DNA from: Phoronis australis
Taxonomy: Eukaryota; Animalia; Phoronida
Length of the DNA stretch: 64,000 nt
Assembly: GCA_002633005.1 (NCBI GenBank)
Contig: NMRA01000015.1
Span: 786,297-850,296 of the forward strand
Reading direction: 5' to 3'
The first letter of the stretch is position 1; every line of letters begins with the position of its first letter. Of the stretch, positions 61,351 through 64,000 are shown in pieces. Under the pieces are notes generated by a model, which was given only the letters and a program-made list of their open reading frames with translations, was not told the DNA's origin and ran no database searches. The position numbers and the translations under genes were made by a program.

Positions 61351-62678
61351 CAGAGCCCTCGATCTCTCAAAATATAATGGGCCGAGTAGCGGCCCCATTT
61401 CATCACAAAATATTTAACAATCACACAAAAGCCCCTTCACTAGCTCTAAAAATTCCCCTCTGAACGATCAAACCCCCCCTCATGGTTTTAACCTCAAGCA
61501 ATCTTAAAAATATCGTATTCAAACCCACTGATTTTAATCACGAGGCCGCCAGACACCCGGCCGGAAACTTCACAAACTGGTTTCTTTATGAAAGAAGTGA
61601 CACGCACACACACTAGTGCTATAACCAGCCTCCCGTTCAGTAACGCTTAGACCTCGTTAAAATGCAAGACCTCGCGAGATTACGTGAGATATTGCCATGC
61701 ATTTTCAACGAGAACATGTAATTCTGGCTAGATTTTAGCTAGGTCCAAGCGTAGGTCCTAGCACTACTGAACGCACGCCAGTTTGTATCATTTCACTCTT
61801 TCGTATTGAAAACACAAAACTAAAAGACAACTTCCGTTCGTCTGCCGCTCAATGGAGCTCAAACAAGTTCTACAAGAGAAAAATTACAAAAATCCATGGC
61901 GGGGCATAGAAAAACACAGGAGTTTATCATATGTGGATGACATTGCTGTGCACTCCTCTCAGAAGCAGTCTCAAGCAGACCACATTTGAACAGCCAGCTC
62001 CACAGGATTATTCACTGACACTGTGGCCAACAATAAACACTACCACTCGTAGTCTTAAGAATAGTTAAGCTTTGCTCTATTTACTGAGATGGGGGAAGGA
62101 CTGAATGGTCAAATTTGAGGATGTTGTGAGAAATTAAAAAAAAAAAACATTGTTTAACTGAAACTCTTCCTTACTGTGCCAGCAGTGGTTTCTGTGGTAC
62201 AATGTTTGTAAACTCACTTTGTATTCAAGGTGTTGGTAGTGCTGCCATATTTTGATAGCTAGTTTTGAAAGTTCTTTCTGCGACGGATATCTACTAACAA
62301 CTACACTGTTCTGTGCTTGTGCGAAAATGAACCGTGGCCTTGGCATTGTCTTCATAAGCCAAGCAGTGTCACAACGGTATTACGTCGCACGTGGACGCCG
62401 AAGGCGTAGCTAAGCCCATGAATCTGTTAGGTGACAATAGGTTGTCTTCACTCCCTTTGTTTACATAATAGTGTGTAACAGTGACTTACTTTTTATTGTT
62501 TAAAGAGTATCATTGTCATAAAAAGCAATGCTAGTGCAGTACTCAAATAAACACCACTAAAATCCCTTCTACTGAAGTAAAAATCAACTCGAAAATTCCA
62601 CTATTAGTCAAAAATGCCGCGAAAATTCCTCTTTTAGAAGGTAGTGGCACCTTTCTCCTCACGTGAGTGAGGGCCCTG
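61351..62678. mobile_element. hAT-like non-autonomous element; shorter relative at 9549-9881
   Basis: Termini cagagccctc...gagggccctg with aaaattcccct subterminal repeats; similar ends at 9549 (cagagccctc) and 9881 (gaggtttctg); no clean TSD seen. Confidence 0.45.
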
Positions 62679-63712
62679 CTCGCGGTTTAAACATTATAAT
62701 CGGAACTTGATTCGAAAAATGACCAATTGTCTTGCACGCTTCGACTACACTGACAAATTTGTTCTCGAATCATGTGGTGTGAATGGCTGAAGGTAAGCGT
62801 ACATCGACAAGGCGGCAGACTCCGCACTTGTCAGTTTCTAACCACGCGTACACCGGTAATTTAACGGTTGTGAGAAACTAGGCAGTCCCATTTACCCCCA
62901 GTCACGTTTGCGGACTCCGTCGAAAGCGACTGGCAGAGACTGAGTTGTAACCATTGAAGAGTATGCTTGGAGGCGCTTGTAATCACGTGACTATTCGATG
63001 TCGAAAAGACACGATTTTTCGCGTCACATTACCCACTGACACAGGGCCACCCATACTGAAAAGTGGCCCTGTAGAACCATGATGAACGACGCTCGGAATT
63101 CCGTATGTGGTCATCAATGTGCTTGGTCGGAAGTTTACCGATCGCATCACCACTACTTGCATACGCCTTCCGTATCATGACGGCGTTTTCCCGTTCAGTG
63201 ACTTTACCAGACCTAGAGGGTTGTGAGCATGTGATAAAATCTAACATCTTTGTTAACTGACAAGCATAGTCTTTTGTCTGGTTTGACAACAGGCAGGCCA
63301 ATTATCTACCAGGCTTATTACAGATCGCGTGTGAACACAGTCAAACCCAAAGCGAATTGGTATGTTCGGAAAAAATAGATTGTTGTAACTTCCGTTGCTG
63401 TTGGGCGATTTTGGCGATTCAAAATTAAACATGATCATTTGACGAGGATTTCAGAAATGCTATTGGTTTATGTTCATATATGTTATAACTTAATTTTTAT
63501 TTCTAACAGCACAGCCCAGTCAGGCTAGATACGATCTTAGTGGAGATTAGAGCAATTACCAAACAAAAGAGAGCTGGCCCTCCAACCATAAATGCCAGAA
63601 TGGAGTTAATCAGTCGTGTAAGATATTGGCTACAGGGGTCATCTTCCCAACTTGCTGTTGGGCTACAGAATAGAACAAGTTGGGAGCAACGGGAACGACA
63701 CCCCGTAATGTG

Positions 63713-63968
63713 CATGCGCGCACCCGGGGGGGGGGGGCTCGGGGGGCTCGAATGAACCCCCCCATTTGGCAAAGTGGGCAAAAAGGTCCGCCTCAGAGAG
63801 ACAACAAGTCGAGACAATGAGACAAAAGTCCACTAAACAAGCACAGACGCGCCATTCACAGTGGTGCCCTCGTTTTTTTTGTTTTTTAGTCCGCCCGCTT
63901 TTTGTTGCCAAAAGGACAACAACGTCAGGAATTCGAGCCCCCCATATTGAAGGCTGGGTGCGCGTATG
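63713..63968. mobile_element. MITE with 5-bp TSD
   Basis: TIR catgcgcgcaccc / gggtgcgcgtatg; TSD atgtg (63708-63712, 63969-63973); relatives at ~9290-9442 and ~29399. Confidence 0.8.
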
Positions 63969-64000
63969 ATGTGCACTGTACTTGTTTAGGATTAGGCCAC

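Overview
This window is eukaryotic genomic DNA from an invertebrate animal (GT-AG introns, dense eukaryotic transposons, single-N scaffold joins); the species cannot be determined from sequence. It is not prokaryotic and has no CRISPR array. Three spliced genes were reconstructed by hand. (1) The six 3' exons of SRPRB (SRP receptor beta GTPase; + strand, 3721-8202; first exon not found, probably upstream). (2) An uncharacterised three-exon gene encoding a basic 537-aa protein (+, 12385-15982), with an RFX X-box-like motif before the ATG. (3) An intact 12-exon, 570-aa PLP-dependent tyrosine decarboxylase (Tdc; - strand, 36801-17459). Most of the rest is transposon-derived: Academ, Kolobok, Gypsy, Penelope-like, a LINE fragment, a tRNA-derived SINE, Helentron-type ends, MULE/TcMar/hAT-like MITEs, and minisatellites. 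Three near-identical duplications flank single N bases (26561, 53500, 58147) and look like uncollapsed haplotypes; one duplicates Tdc exons 3-5. I found no convincing novel multi-gene system. The best leads are the orphan gene, a decayed tandem pair of unknown protein genes at 59.6-61.2 kb, and several unusual transposon structures.
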